Assembly: GCF_963853765.1 (NCBI RefSeq)
Contig: NC_088857.1
Location: 12,834,001 to 12,898,000 of the forward strand
Direction of reading: 5' to 3'
Origin: Magallana gigas
Lineage: Eukaryota
DNA: 64,000 nt
Of this stretch, positions 11,515 to 24,200 are shown piece by piece. Under the pieces are notes generated by a model that worked only from the letters and a program-made list of their open reading frames with translations, was not told where the DNA came from and made no database searches. Position numbers and translations under genes: made by a program. How positions within the stretch are numbered: position 1 is the first letter of the stretch; the number at the start of each line of letters is the position of its first letter.

Positions 11515-14500
11515 CTACAGATTTGCAACTGTAACATCGGCACACTGGTAAAACTGTGGCGGTGCTTTAGGATTATTGGTATTGTAGGTAACCTACAAAC
11601 AAGCAGTCACAGATGATGTGAATAAATGTTCTGGCATTAAGGAGGCTGAATGGATGGTCAATATACATTACTACACTTCAGATCTGCCTTATCATTTGAG
11701 ACTCATAGATGACTTCCTTAGCCATCAAGACAAAATCCAAAAAAATTCTCTTTAAAATTTGAAAAGTATCTATACCGGTATCTTTATACACTGTACAGAG
11801 CTCTACTTTTTAAGGAGATTGCAATTGATAAACGATGTACTAGTCTAAAAATGATCATCCATCCAGTCCTTGTAACAAAAACTGTATTAAATCTTAAGGT
11901 AATATTGAATTGTCATTTATTTGCATTCTTATGAATAAAGTATGAATATATAAACACAAAGTACATGTTTCTCTATTGATACTGCACAATTTTTAATTGA
12001 AAATAACTTTGGATTAACTCATCCATGGTACATGAATGAGTGTAAATATAAAATCTCTCACCTGAATGGCATAGTTTCCTTTTACCATCCTACAAAACAT
12101 TCAGAAAAATTGTGTATTGAATTCCTGAATTTAATCTAAACTTGTGGTAAACCGAACTTGGTCTTAACTTGGTCTATAGATATGCATGTAAAATTATGTA
12201 CATTTATGTTTATGCATTACACCAATATGTAATCTGGTAGGATAAAATTAATGTAATGATTAGTGAAAATTTCTACTTACGGAATCTTAACCTGAGCAGT
12301 ATAGAGAGTCAACGATTTTTCTCCTTCATCTGGTATGGTGGTTAGCAGCTGAAATTTCTCACCCGCAACACTCCCAAAGGCAACAGTAAAGTTTCCCTGT
12401 ACAAAAAAAAAAAAAAAAGTAGTATATTAAGGTCAGACGACACGTTCCTCAATTTTAGATAACTTTTTCCAGGAATTTGTTAATGGTTTACTACTACTTT
12501 GACAAGCTTTCTTGCAAAAAATAAGGGTACCTTACTAGGCATTTCTGCAAAATACTATAGTATGCAATTTTCTATATAATCTTCTTGAAAATACACTTGA
12601 ATTGCTGATATAAAAATAAATACATATACAGTACAGCGAAATTCACTAAATTAGAACTATATCTCCGCCGGGGCTGGGATTTGAACTCACGACCTCTAGA
12701 ACATATACGCCTTTGGCAGTGAGTGACCACGTATCTAACCACTCGACCATGTACACATATAACCAAATTCAAGTAAATTTTGATCATTTTTAAAGTAATT
12801 ATAAAATTAATATTTCTTATTGGAACTCTTTATTACAAGGAGATACAAAAAAGATTCATGAGGAACGTGTCGTCTGACCTTAATTGCTTAAATGTTTCAT
12901 TATTTGTTTCATACTTGTACAGAATAATAACTAACAAACTGTATAACAATAAATACATGTACGTACAGGTGATGCGCTCAGAAAATGATCCAAATTTTTC
13001 TGGAAAGTAACACTCAGCATTNNNNNNNNNNNNNNNNNNNNNNNNNNNNNNNNNNNNNNNNNNNNNNNNNNNNNNNNNNNNNNNNNNNNNNNNNNNNNNN
13101 NNNNNNNNNNNNNNNNNNNNNNNNNNNNNNNNNNNNNNNNNNNNNNNNNNNNNNNNNNNNNTTAATAATAACTGTTAACATTAAAATGAAACTTCATTAA
13201 TAGAAAATCATTTAATAACATAAGCTAGTCTGACTCTAGATTGTGTATTTTAACTGGTCTGATGAAAGACTTTTTCCTCAAAGGAATATGTAAAATTCCC
13301 ATACTATCCTAACCCAAAAGATTATTAAGATCATAAATATGTGGATATAAAACTGTATAATAGCTACAGAGTTGGAAATTCACCAAAAATAGCAGCCAGC
13401 CACAGGGCTGGCTACGTTAAAAAGTTACCAGCCCTGCCCAAAATCTGCCAGTCCTGATAAAAATGTTCATTATTATGAATGAACTATACATAAAGCTTAA
13501 TATTTACATCTGTAACACAGGCCCCTCGAAATCTTTAACTTTCAAGTATTTGAAACCATATCTAACCCAAACCAAAAGAATGCTTATTATTAAGTTTAAC
13601 ATGCTTAAAAAATGAAACTATTCACCTACATATATATATAATTATAAACCCTCTTTTAGAAGCAAGCTAACAATGTCATAATCATGAACTTTCTAAACAA
13701 TTTGAAAGATTGACAATAATATGATATCAAACATTGAAAGGGGTTAAATTAAAACAACTGTAAATAATTGTGATAAAAATTTATTTATTCGGTCAGATGC
13801 ACTCCTTTTAACTGCAAATTGTGTTTTGGTCTCACAACACTATTTTTCTGTAGGTTCAAAATATGGTCAAAACAAAATAATTCCAGATTTCTCGTTTGTT
13901 TTGAGGGGTTTTCCGCTAGTGACAGGGCTGTATTTTCAATGAGATAAAAACGGTTAAAACGCATAATTTTTCCGCTTTTGTAAAAATACGAGGTAACTTG
14001 ATTTTCTTACGCCAATTACTTGCACAGGGGATGAAAATGCTTGTACTTGGTTTTCAACCACATGAGTAACTTCGATGTCTCCGAGTAAACTCTTGTGTCT
14101 TTGTGTTTATTTGTTACTAAATCGTTTATGAATTTTTGTTTTAAAAGTTGTAAAGGGAGATTTCGCCAGAAGATTGTTTAAAATCAACTACCCACATCTA
14201 AATACGCGTGACTTTGGTCAGAATATATCGTAAAAAATAATAGTGGTGTACAACCTATCCACCCTCGACATTGTTTACATTATTATAGAGCTTCCCATGT
14301 GTTTCCTAACTTATCAGCCATACATTCTACTTTCCATCCCGGAACTGTACATCGGCGTCTTTTGTTTTGGTTGTATACTTTTTTTCCTTTAGCGTCAATC
14401 AAGGAACGCTTTTGGGGAATCGACAAACTCAAAAACTTGCGCATCATCTAGCATGTTGCTTCTATTGCAATAGGGCCGAACAAAATTGTATTGTGAACAC

Positions 14501-15326
14501 TGGTTGGCTATAACAATCATTCAGACCAATGAGCGAATAGATTACAACTTGTAGAGCATACCTAATTCTCAACGAAACCTAACAACCGACATTGTCTGTA
14601 CTTTTTGTTAATGAGGTAAATAACTTAAAAATAAAATTGTCGGTTTTAAACTAGGAACTGGCTATTAAAATTAGCCCGACCGCCGGGCTGTCTTTTGAAG
14701 TTTCGCCCCCGCCCGCCTAAGAAACAGACCGTCTCGGGCGGTCGGGCGGGCTCTTATTTCCAACCCTGTAGCTAACTTGCTACATGTGTATTTCTGTGTA
14801 TATAACAAATCAGAAATAAAGTTTATAACAAAACACCAGAAACTAAAATCAAGACTAGTTTTGACCACCAACGAAAGCATTAATTGTTTTAAAGTACTTC
14901 TCGTTACAACCATCAGCCTAACTCCTCCCTTCATCATCCTAGTTGCAGGCAACAGGATGAGGAGTTGATAAATTTAATTATACTGAGACCTCAAGTTGAT
15001 GATGTCCAAGCACACACAAACCTTATGATGACATTGTCTTTACTTGCTGGTAGTTTTCCACAGGGACCCTTAATTTGGAAGCAGTTGTCATTTCCTGAAG
15101 ACAAAAAAGATCAATTAACTGAGATTCACACTGACATATCATAGGCGTCGGAACCGGGGGGGGCTAGGGGGGGCTTAGCCCCCCCACTTTTTTTGCAAAG
15201 TTATACCTAACCATTAGAAACATAGCATGATAGAGGGTTCAGCCCCCCCACTTTTTCTCGGAGGAAAGACTATTGTTCCTAAATTTACCTTGAAAGATTG
15301 AGAGGTTAGATTCAGAAGCATACTAG

Positions 15327-15359
<33 letters not shown>

Positions 15360-15430
15360 ATTAGGAATTTCATGATTTTGAGAAAAAAATTTTGGTAAGT
15401 AAATTTTTTTTTTTGGAAGTATAGGTATAC

Positions 15431-15461
<31 letters not shown>

Positions 15462-15935
15462 ACGGATTAGGATTTCCATGATTTTGGGAATTACTTTTTT
15501 CTCAATATTTCTGAGGATTAGTCTAGCCCCCCCACTTTCAATTTGCTTCCGACGCCTATGCATATAGGTAATTGTTAATATTAATGGGAAGGGGGGGCCC
15601 TCTATATCTAGATCCGCGCATGTACGTACCGTCTCTCATGCGATTCAATTATTTTACCTGTAATATATTTTACAGTTTTTTTTTTATATATACGCCTTAT
15701 GCGGTGTAGACTATAATACAGAGCTATCGAGTAGAATGCAGCATGAACATGTGATCACACTGTCAACTGTTTCGTAATCGCATTTTTTTTTTTTTAAACA
15801 TAAATGTATCATACCTTGTTTGTTAATTCCTGCAAGAGAGCCTCTTTGAATAGGACTTATCAGACAGAGATGTGCATGACATGCCTCCAGCAACACAAAA
15901 AACCCCAAAACGCTAACTGCAATTGCTCGCGACAT
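11515..15935 (-). CDS. Secreted small protein with LPMO-like histidine-brace features (uncharacterised)
   Basis: Exons 15935-15815, 15094-15022, (start in gap)13021-12967, 12396-12281, 12089-12062, 11592-11515, all with canonical sites and compatible phases. Signal peptide MSRAIAVSVLGFFVLLEACHA is followed by HLCLISPIQRGS...GPCG...TFQKNLDHF...QFYQCADVTVANL*. The gene model is well supported, while the functional label is inference. Confidence 0.75.
12431..12879 (-). mobile_element. Non-autonomous TIR element, TTAA-flanked (Kolobok-like), with internal tRNA-like cassette
   Basis: TIRs ggtcagacgacacgttcctc / gaggaacgtgtcgtctgacc. TTAA at 12427-12430 and 12880-12883. A second copy lies in inverted orientation at 22706-23150. 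Confidence 0.85.
13022..13161. other. Assembly gap (140 N)
   Basis: Run of N. It hides the acceptor and possibly the first codons of exon 3 of the LPMO-like gene. Confidence 1.
13367..14768. mobile_element. Non-autonomous TIR element (hAT-like CAG(A/G)GTTGG termini)
   Basis: cagagttggaaat at 13367 and atttccaaccctg ending at 14768, with tagcta on both flanks. No transposase ORF seen. Confidence 0.5.
15140..15560. mobile_element. MITE with poly-G/poly-C subterminal tracts
   Basis: TIRs cataggcgtcggaa / ttccgacgcctatg. 5-bp flank duplication catat. Internal repeats of agccccccc. Confidence 0.8.
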
Positions 15936-17441
15936 GTTAATGATATTTCCCTGTCCTGAAAAAAATAATCACGTGACTATCACATGAGTCAGGGTTCAGC
16001 ACAGGGAAAAAGATCGTTTTATAAATTACATGTATACGTTTTGGTAATCATGGACAGTTTTATTTGAATTAAAAATTTAAACATGAAGCAAAAAACAAAA
16101 ACAAAACAAAAACGAAACCATTCGTCTCTCTAAACAACTGAAGATTAATACATGATTGTATCTTTATAGAAACAAGCATCATCTGCAAACTATACATACA
16201 GAATATATAGGCCTATATACATTATATAGATGAAACCAGAAAGAATAGCATGTACTGTAGACCAGCTATGTATAAATGTTCAAAATCTTTGGCTACATGG
16301 AATATACATGCATGTACGTCACTGAAGCACACATGGGGCAGACATATCCGAACATCTTGACCCCCCCCCCCCCCCCAAAAAAAAAAAATTACAGAAACAA
16401 GTGCATGTGCACCTAGACGAACGACTTCTTCTTTTTAGCTCACCTGAGCTGAAACACACCCATCATACGGCTCTTCAGAACGCGGAGCAGTTTTAGTTGA
16501 CACGGAAAGCTGAGGTATCGACTCAAACTCGCTCATAAAATGTTTTTAAATTGAAATTTCGTTTAGGACTAAAACATAAAGGGATGATTAAGCTTTCAAA
16601 GTACAAAATTGTTTGTTGATAATATTATATTCTTTGATTTTTGAGATATATGATAGAAACATGTATTTATATATAAGTAACATGGCATTTCCCGTTTCGA
16701 TCCCGGTCCTCGGCCTAATACCAGTACCAAGAGTATTAATGTAATGTATACACAATCATTATACAATTTGAAAAAAAAACCTTTTTGATCAAGATTTGAT
16801 GCTTAAAAGATGATACAAAAAAATACAAATACAAATTATTAAATGTTTGCTGTATTAGAAATGACATATTTTTTAATCAAGAAAGCTTAACTTTATTAAA
16901 ATTTAGTCCATTGTTAGGCTATACTTCTTCAATTTACTTTAGAGATAGGCGTTTTCAGCAGTTTTTATTGAATCTGTTTTCTTTTTTTTCTTTTTTTTTG
17001 GGGGGGGGGGGGGGGTAAGAATTTGGATTAAATTAGAGTCGACCTGACAACATGCCCAGCAAAGTTCCTACTGCGGAATTGCAACTCCATATCATTGTTC
17101 TAAATTCTGATATTATTGTTAGTATTGGATAAGTAACATGTTACTTTACTATTATCACTCGATGTATACAGTATGACATGTATATTGCATAATCACTTGG
17201 CGCATACTATACTTCATCTTTATTGTCATCATTGCATATTAATTAAGATACATTTGTAATTGAATATGTGTACTGACGCAAAATTTAATGCAATTATTAT
17301 TTGAAGCAAAAATTCAACAAAGTCATTGGTTGAGTGCCAGTGATAAGAAAGGGGTGAAAATTAGGACTTGAAAGCACAGCACCTTGCCCCTTGGTTATAA
17401 AAGATAAGACAGCGACTTTAGTGAGTCACATTAAGGCAGAC

Positions 17442-20400
17442 ATGAATCTCGGTGCTTTGGTTGTTTTGGTGAGTCTCTCTCTCACGAGCGCCTCGACCAC
17501 GATTTCCATCGTTGGAAAGTCGGGCCTGAAACTGAGCATACCCGGTAATTACAACATCCTGAATTAATCGGAAAATTCGACATTGTTTGGCTTTTTCTTT
17601 TAAATTTCATATGCTTACAAATAAAAAGAAAGAGTTGCACAATGATATGCCTTGTTTCAGACGACGATGGCATTTCTCTCGTGATTTTTAGCGTTAGGAA
17701 CCAGAATGGAGAATCTAGAGATTACGTGGTTGAGACCAAGAACAAAGGTAATCCGAAAGAAATCCATGTCTAAATCTAAACTCGATGTAATGTGATAAAA
17801 ATAACAAAAAACTGTCTAATCACATATAATTTGCTGATATATTTGTATAATTTTGACTTTGTTGTTTCGCAATGGATTTGAACCAGAGTCCGACAGTTGG
17901 GAGTACGTAGACACCGAAGCCAACGCTGGACCAGGAGATGAAGTAGAGTACAAGGTAGCCACGGTGCAGAACGGACTGTTAGTTGAATCCAAATGGACGT
18001 CAGGTATATTGCAAAACTATATAACTTATCACATCATAGTTGTTATTGATGGTCACATGACCTTTTTGACTTGCCTAGTCTGTACGAGCAAAAGTTCACT
18101 ACTGGTATCACACAGTATAGGTTCATAACTCTTGAAGAATCGGTCATCGCTCGGACTTTTCCGTCAAGTCTCGACGGAAATGACCAAGCAATGTTCAAAT
18201 TATGCTAACATATTAAAGCATAGGTAGCCCACCGTTAGTTTCGTCCTTAATATCACTTGATTGGTCATTTCTATTATTAACCTAACCATTACAATGCAAA
18301 AACAAAAATGATACGGCATTGTAAATCACGAAAAATGACCCCCTAGGTCTCAAGAATCATAAAAGACACTGTATGAATTGTTCCGTGATTCAGGTACTTT
18401 TTTTCGTATTTCAGTTTTCTTAGTGAAGTATTTCGAACCAGGACAGTTTCGCAGTCTTCGACAGACTGTGGTTTTCCGGGACGATTTTAACCACTTCAAT
18501 AAAGGTCACTTCACAACGGAAGTGAGCGCCTGGGGCGGAGGGGTGAGATATTGTATACTTATTCTATGCCCGATTTTATTAGCATATTTTATGTTGTGAA
18601 GTACACTTGGCTTAGGCTCTACGAGATACAATAAACTAATAGTTTTAACTATAAAACTGCTGTTAACCCTGGACGTATGATCTGTGGAAGATATATAATT
18701 AAAAAACCACACACAAAAAACTGAGATCTGAAAAATTGGTGACTTTTCATATTAGTAAATAAATATATTTTGGACATTGATGTGTATAAACAAATTATAA
18801 ATATAAAAGAAAAAGTGCCGGATTGGTGAACTTGGGGCAGAGTATGGTAAATGCCAACTCGATTAACCTGTGAAGGGACCCCCCCTCCCTCCACCCGGTC
18901 AAGGCTTTCCAAAGTTTTAAGATTGCGATATTTCTACGAATACAGAATGGTGAATTCCAAGTGTACACCCCCGAGACTGCTAATTTATACACAGCTAATG
19001 GCTACTTATACCTTAAACCTGTAAGTATCATGTTACTTTTCTGTGAATTTGTTTTTAAATTGGCACCATTATATATTTCAGAATTGAAAACAATTCATAC
19101 ACTAATATTTATTTATTATGAGGTAAAACTCTTCCTATAGTATATATTTAGTTTATTTTGTTTGTATTTCATATTTATTTTATTTTATTTTTTGTAATGG
19201 TTTTTTGATGGTAAACATTTTCTCTGTGCGTGATATATATTTGCGACGACGTACGTGACTGAATAATTCTGCCTAATGTTAAACAACAAAACAACAAAAA
19301 GTGAATATAACTATTAGTGAAAACCTTTCAAATGTTCAGAAGTTTTACCATTTGTTGAGACATTTAACAAAATATCTTTACAGACACTAACAGTTGACCA
19401 CCATTCCTTCAACGAAGGGACGCTATACAACGGCAATATGGATGTCCGCGGTCTGTTTGTAGACAGAAACAAATTCTCATTTAAACTTTTTACAGTAAAT
19501 ATCACATGATTAAACAACAATTTTTCATTGGCATCATCAATTTATTCAGGAATATGGCACACCTGTACAAATGGCGTTAACAACGGGTGTCGTAAGTCAG
19601 CATACGGCCAGGAGATTCTTCCTCCAATCATGTCCGGAAAAGTTACCACGCACGCAGCCATTACATATGGAAGAGTCAACGTTAGAGCTAGGGTTCCTAA
19701 AGGGGCGTTTATATGGCCAGGTTTGTTTCATGAAGTAAAAGAACCGCTGTAAAAACTAATATATTCGAGTTTTATGGGTTTTTTTCTTTGAAATATATCG
19801 CCGTTTTATTTCCCCTTAGCTATTTGGCTGTTGCCGCGTGACAACCATTACGGGAACTGGCCTCGTTCTGGAGAAATAGATCTTATGGAGACAAAAGGTA
19901 TGGACACTGCGCTAGCATACTTCTTTCATTTGTTTTTTTTTAACAGAAAGGGGGTTCATTACATGCAAATAAGTTCGAAATTTTAAGACACTCTTTGAAT
20001 CTTTATAGGAAACGCCTGGACCAGTGAGTATGGAGGCGATCACGGGATCCGCTCCATTGGTTCCACACTTCACTGGGGACCAGATGCCGGACACAACTGT
20101 TTCCAAAAAACTCACGGTGAAAAGTAAGCCACAAAAAACTAGTAGAACATAATTGGTGGTTTCACATAATTAGTTCCATATATATCACCTTAGTGACACA
20201 TTTATAAAGTTGCAATCCCGTTTAAGAGCTTATCCTTGGGAAAAAGCATCGAGACAAAACGACAGAAGCAAAGGTTTCCAACCATAAGCGCATAGGTTTG
20301 CAACGGAATATTAATTCTCAAGTCTAAAAGTTTACTACTAGTATCTTATGTCTCCATCAACAATATTCAATGTTGTAATTGCCATATTATCGCAAAAAGA

Positions 20401-21831
20401 CAGGCCTCCAATTTCTATACCTTAGGCCACAAACATCAAAAGCAAAGGTTCTTTAAAATTGGTATGACAGATGTTACCAACCACCATAGTATTCAATTTC
20501 CGACAACAAGTTAGAAGAGCGTAGATCTCGTATACTCTCATTGTTTAGGACATCAGCTGCAATATAGCATAGATCCCCTGTAGTATCATGGTTTCCAAAC
20601 AAAGCCGCAATTACAAGAAACTTCAGCAATGGCGGATGCCATCACTAACACTTATGGAGTATAGGAAGGTCTCCAATCGTTGTTTTCTTTAAGCAGTAGC
20701 TTGGATCTCAATTGACTATAGAGTAGATTTTCAACAGCATTAATTCCAGTGCAATCTATATATATATTAATAAAAGTTTTGATAAATTTCCTTAGTTTCC
20801 CTTTCAACACGTTAAACAGTTAACAAACAGAACATCCTTAAAATGAATAATCTTTTAAGGTACCTGAACCAGCCCGATGGATGGCACGGATGGCATACCT
20901 ATTCTCTGGACTGGACCAAGGATCACCTAAGGTTAGAATAGCTATAACAAACAACAACAACTTCGTAAACACGCCATATTTCTAGAAAAAAAAAACGACT
21001 AGACGGAATATCAAGCTCTATTGTTTCTTACTTCAGCATTTTAGTCGACAACCAAGAGATATACAGACTGACCACCCCCGGGAATGGGATGTACAACTAT
21101 TGCCCCTACCATAACATAGAGGACCCCTGGAGAAACGGTCCACATAATGCACCATTCGATCAACCAGTAAAGTATCATTTTGTCTGATGATGCTTCAATT
21201 CATTAATTGGTTTCATTAGATATCATTTTTAAACAAGACATTTCTCAGGGATCATTTTTAAACAAGACATTTCTCAGGGATTTATTTAAAATATTAATAC
21301 ATTATCAAACTCGTTTGTCAACAAATTTTCTTCTTTTAACGATATAATTCATTTCATTGGATCATTTTGTCACGATAGTGAAGTGCAATCGTCGTTTTTT
21401 TATTCGGTCAAAAATTTTTATGATCTTTAGACTGTTAAACCAAATATTATTATACTTTTTGCGATTTTTTGCTATGTTTGACAAAATGATTCGCGAAATT
21501 TACTTTAAAGATAAACTTAAGACATTAAATAACTTTTTCGCGGCAAGGCGACGATGTTTGGCGACCTCGCGAAGTTTTCACTTCCACGAAAAAAGTTGGT
21601 TTTACAGACTTCTTTATTTTCCTACTACAGTTCCATCTGCTTCTGAACGTGGCAGTGGGAGGAACCAGCGGTTTCTTTGCCGAGGGGCAGTACGATGTGC
21701 CCAAGTCCTGGCGTAACGACTCGCCCCACCCCATGAGGGACTTCTGGGAGCACAGAGGGGAGTGGCTGAAGACCTGGCACGGGGACGATGTGGCCATGTT
21801 GATTGATTACGTAGAAATGATCCAGTATTAA
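17442..21831 (+). CDS. Beta-1,3-glucanase / LGBP-type protein: signal peptide + CBM39-like domain + GH16 catalytic domain (about 444 aa)
   Basis: Exons 17442-17544, 17661-17747, 17887-18003, 18424(or 18415)-18542, 18946-19020, 19384-19450, 19550-19720, 19820-19897, 20009-20123, 20860-20931, 21037-21166, 21631-21831, total 1335 nt and in frame. Motifs: GLKLSIPDDDGISLV (betaGRP N-domain-like), SAWGGGNGEFQVY, ILPPIMSGK, WPAIWLLP, WPRSGEIDLME (ExDxxE intact), APFDQPFHLLLNVAVGG. TATAAAA lies about 45 bp upstream. Confidence 0.93.
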
Positions 21832-22705
21832 ACATGTATAAATGACCCAGTGTTGATAAACTCATATTTGAAACAAACCCGATCGAGGAAGTACCGTATA
21901 TCCGGTTGTTGTTTTTTTCGCAGGTCACACAATTTGCAAAAATATGGAATATCTAGGGCATTTTAAGTTTGCGTCAGTCATTTTTTGCAGTAAAAAAAGT
22001 TTCTTATAGAATATGATACAGGATATAACTTCTGGGTATTCATTTATTTACGAATAAAAAGAGAAAATTATTATCATCGCGAAAATTACCGGATATACCA
22101 TAACAAACATTCAGACATAGTTTAAATATACATTAACTAGTTGTCTTAATAATACATTTTTTAATAATCAAAATATTTCGGAAGGATAATGCCGTCAAAT
22201 GGGGTGTTCTGCAATATGCTACTGTGCTTTTTCAGACAAACGCAAAAGTATCGTAATTACCTTAAGGACGACGGACCCAATTCACTTCTACAAATATGAT
22301 TTTCATAAAATTTTTATATCAGAGTTACTAAAGATGTATCAAAATCAATAATAAAAAAAACAAACATAGAAATCGAGGGACCATTTAAAAAAATCTTTGT
22401 AATAATTTTCTTTTTCAATTGAACGTAATGGTGAAAAGCGTTCTTGTGAGAGAAATGATAAATTAAAAAAAATTCTGCAATTGATTTTCTATCCAAATTA
22501 AAGTATGATACTTATATGATGATGTTGAATTAATCAAATATCATTTAGAAAATGATCATGTCATCGACAATTTTTCATGAGAAGTACTGCGCAAACTCTA
22601 TGAAAAGGTTTATGTCTGTAGGGGAGATGAATTTCCCGGGGAAAAAATCAACATAGTCCGTAGACAATGACGTAGCTGGTTATGCGATTTTTTCATGAAA
22701 ATTAA

Positions 22706-23150
22706 GGTCAGACGACACGTTCCTCGAGAATCTTTTTGTATCTCCTCGTGATAAAGAGTTCCAAAAAAAAATATTAATTTTATAATTACTTTAAAAATGA
22801 TCAAAATTTACTTGGATTTGGTTATATGTCTAGATTGTCGAGTGGTTAGAACCTTGGCCGCTCACTGCCAGAAGCGTATAGGTTCTAGAGGTCGTGATTT
22901 CAAAGCCCCGCCTCGGCCGAGATATACTTCTGATATAGTAAATTTCGCTGTGCTGTAGATGTATTTATTTTTATATCAGCAATTCAAGTGTATTTTCAAA
23001 ATTATATAGGAAATTGCATACTCTAGTATTTTGCAGGAGTGCCTGGTAAGGTACCCTAATTTTTTGCAAGAAAGCTTGTCAAAGTAGTAGTAAACCATTA
23101 ACAAATTCCTGGAAAAAGTTATCTAAAATTGAGGAACGTGTCGTCTGACC
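22706..23150 (+). mobile_element. Second copy of the TTAA-flanked Kolobok-like MITE with tRNA-like cassette
   Basis: Same TIRs as 12431-12879, TTAA at 22702-22705 and 23151-23154, and the internal sequence is the reverse complement of copy 1. Confidence 0.85.
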
Positions 23151-23310
23151 TTAAATGAGACGAAAATAACATATATACGTCAATATTCTAATATTTAATT
23201 GAACAGTTGCTGAAAATTACATAAATACATGTGTATAAGTAATAAGGAATATTTTTATTAAATATTATGAGGTGATAATTTTGGTCGGGGTGTGATCAAA
23301 TCAATTTTAG

Positions 23311-23643
23311 TCGAATAACACATCGTCATAAATGGCTGACCTCTGATCGAAACGACATTTTGTTTTATTGAAAGGATTTTATCGACGGCAACATATAACT
23401 TAGCGCATAGCCAAGTGGATAAAGTATCGGGCTTGTGATCCGTACATACCGAGTTTGAATACCGCAGGGGCTTTTGTTGTTACTTACTGAATAGATATTT
23501 TTTTTATATATTCATTTTTTATCCCCAATTTGCAAAATGTTCGCTTATTTGACATATGTATAGTTTATTTATCATTATATCTTTCATAATCAAATAATTT
23601 ACAGTTAATTTAAGTGACTTTTTCCAGGTGTGTTATTCCACCT
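23311..23643 (+). mobile_element. Degenerate copy of the 58024-58343 MITE
   Basis: Shares aatggctgacctctgat, the tRNA-like core at about 23404-23472 and the 3' TIR gtgtgttattccacc. The 5' TIR is eroded. Confidence 0.7.
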
Positions 23644-24200
23644 TATTAGATTTGACCACGCCCCAACTGAAATTATGACCTCATAATACCCTATGAATGA
23701 TTCAAACAACACAGGGAGCGGTGATCGAAAAAAAAGTAACATTATTTATTATAAAAAGTCACAATATAATGACAGGCAATCAATAGAGAGTATAAAGTGC
23801 TCAGTAATTGTGTATAATGTCAAATCTCAGCATACAGAAGTTTAGAATACAAACAAAAATAACGTATTGCAAAATACGGTAAAAGTGGTTATTTTCGCGT
23901 GAGGGAACTTTACACTGGTTACGCGGTAAACTTAATTTGAACTGCGTAAAATATCCCCGTGCATATGGTAAAAAGCCCAAAACTTATAAGTGTGGTCAAT
24001 CACGCATCCGCGTATTTAATGCCCACGCGTATTGTTTGACCATTGAAAACGCTTACTTAATTAACCAGTGTAAATAACCACTTTTACAGCATACAAGGTT
24101 CAACACGTCTTGGTTCTTGTCAGTGCGCGGGTTCCATATGTCTTATCTATCTATATGTAACATGTAATTTGTCTTTATAAATATATTGAAACCTAAGACT

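Noticed and set aside
12665-12755. Functional tRNA-Ser/Leu inside the MITE
   Set aside because: No complete cloverleaf, and the two copies differ at non-compensated positions.
14671-15563. ORFs 14671-14952, 14777-14968 and the poly-Gly ORF 15312-15563
   Set aside because: They overlap transposon termini or poly-C tracts in introns and have no splice-compatible role in the gene model.
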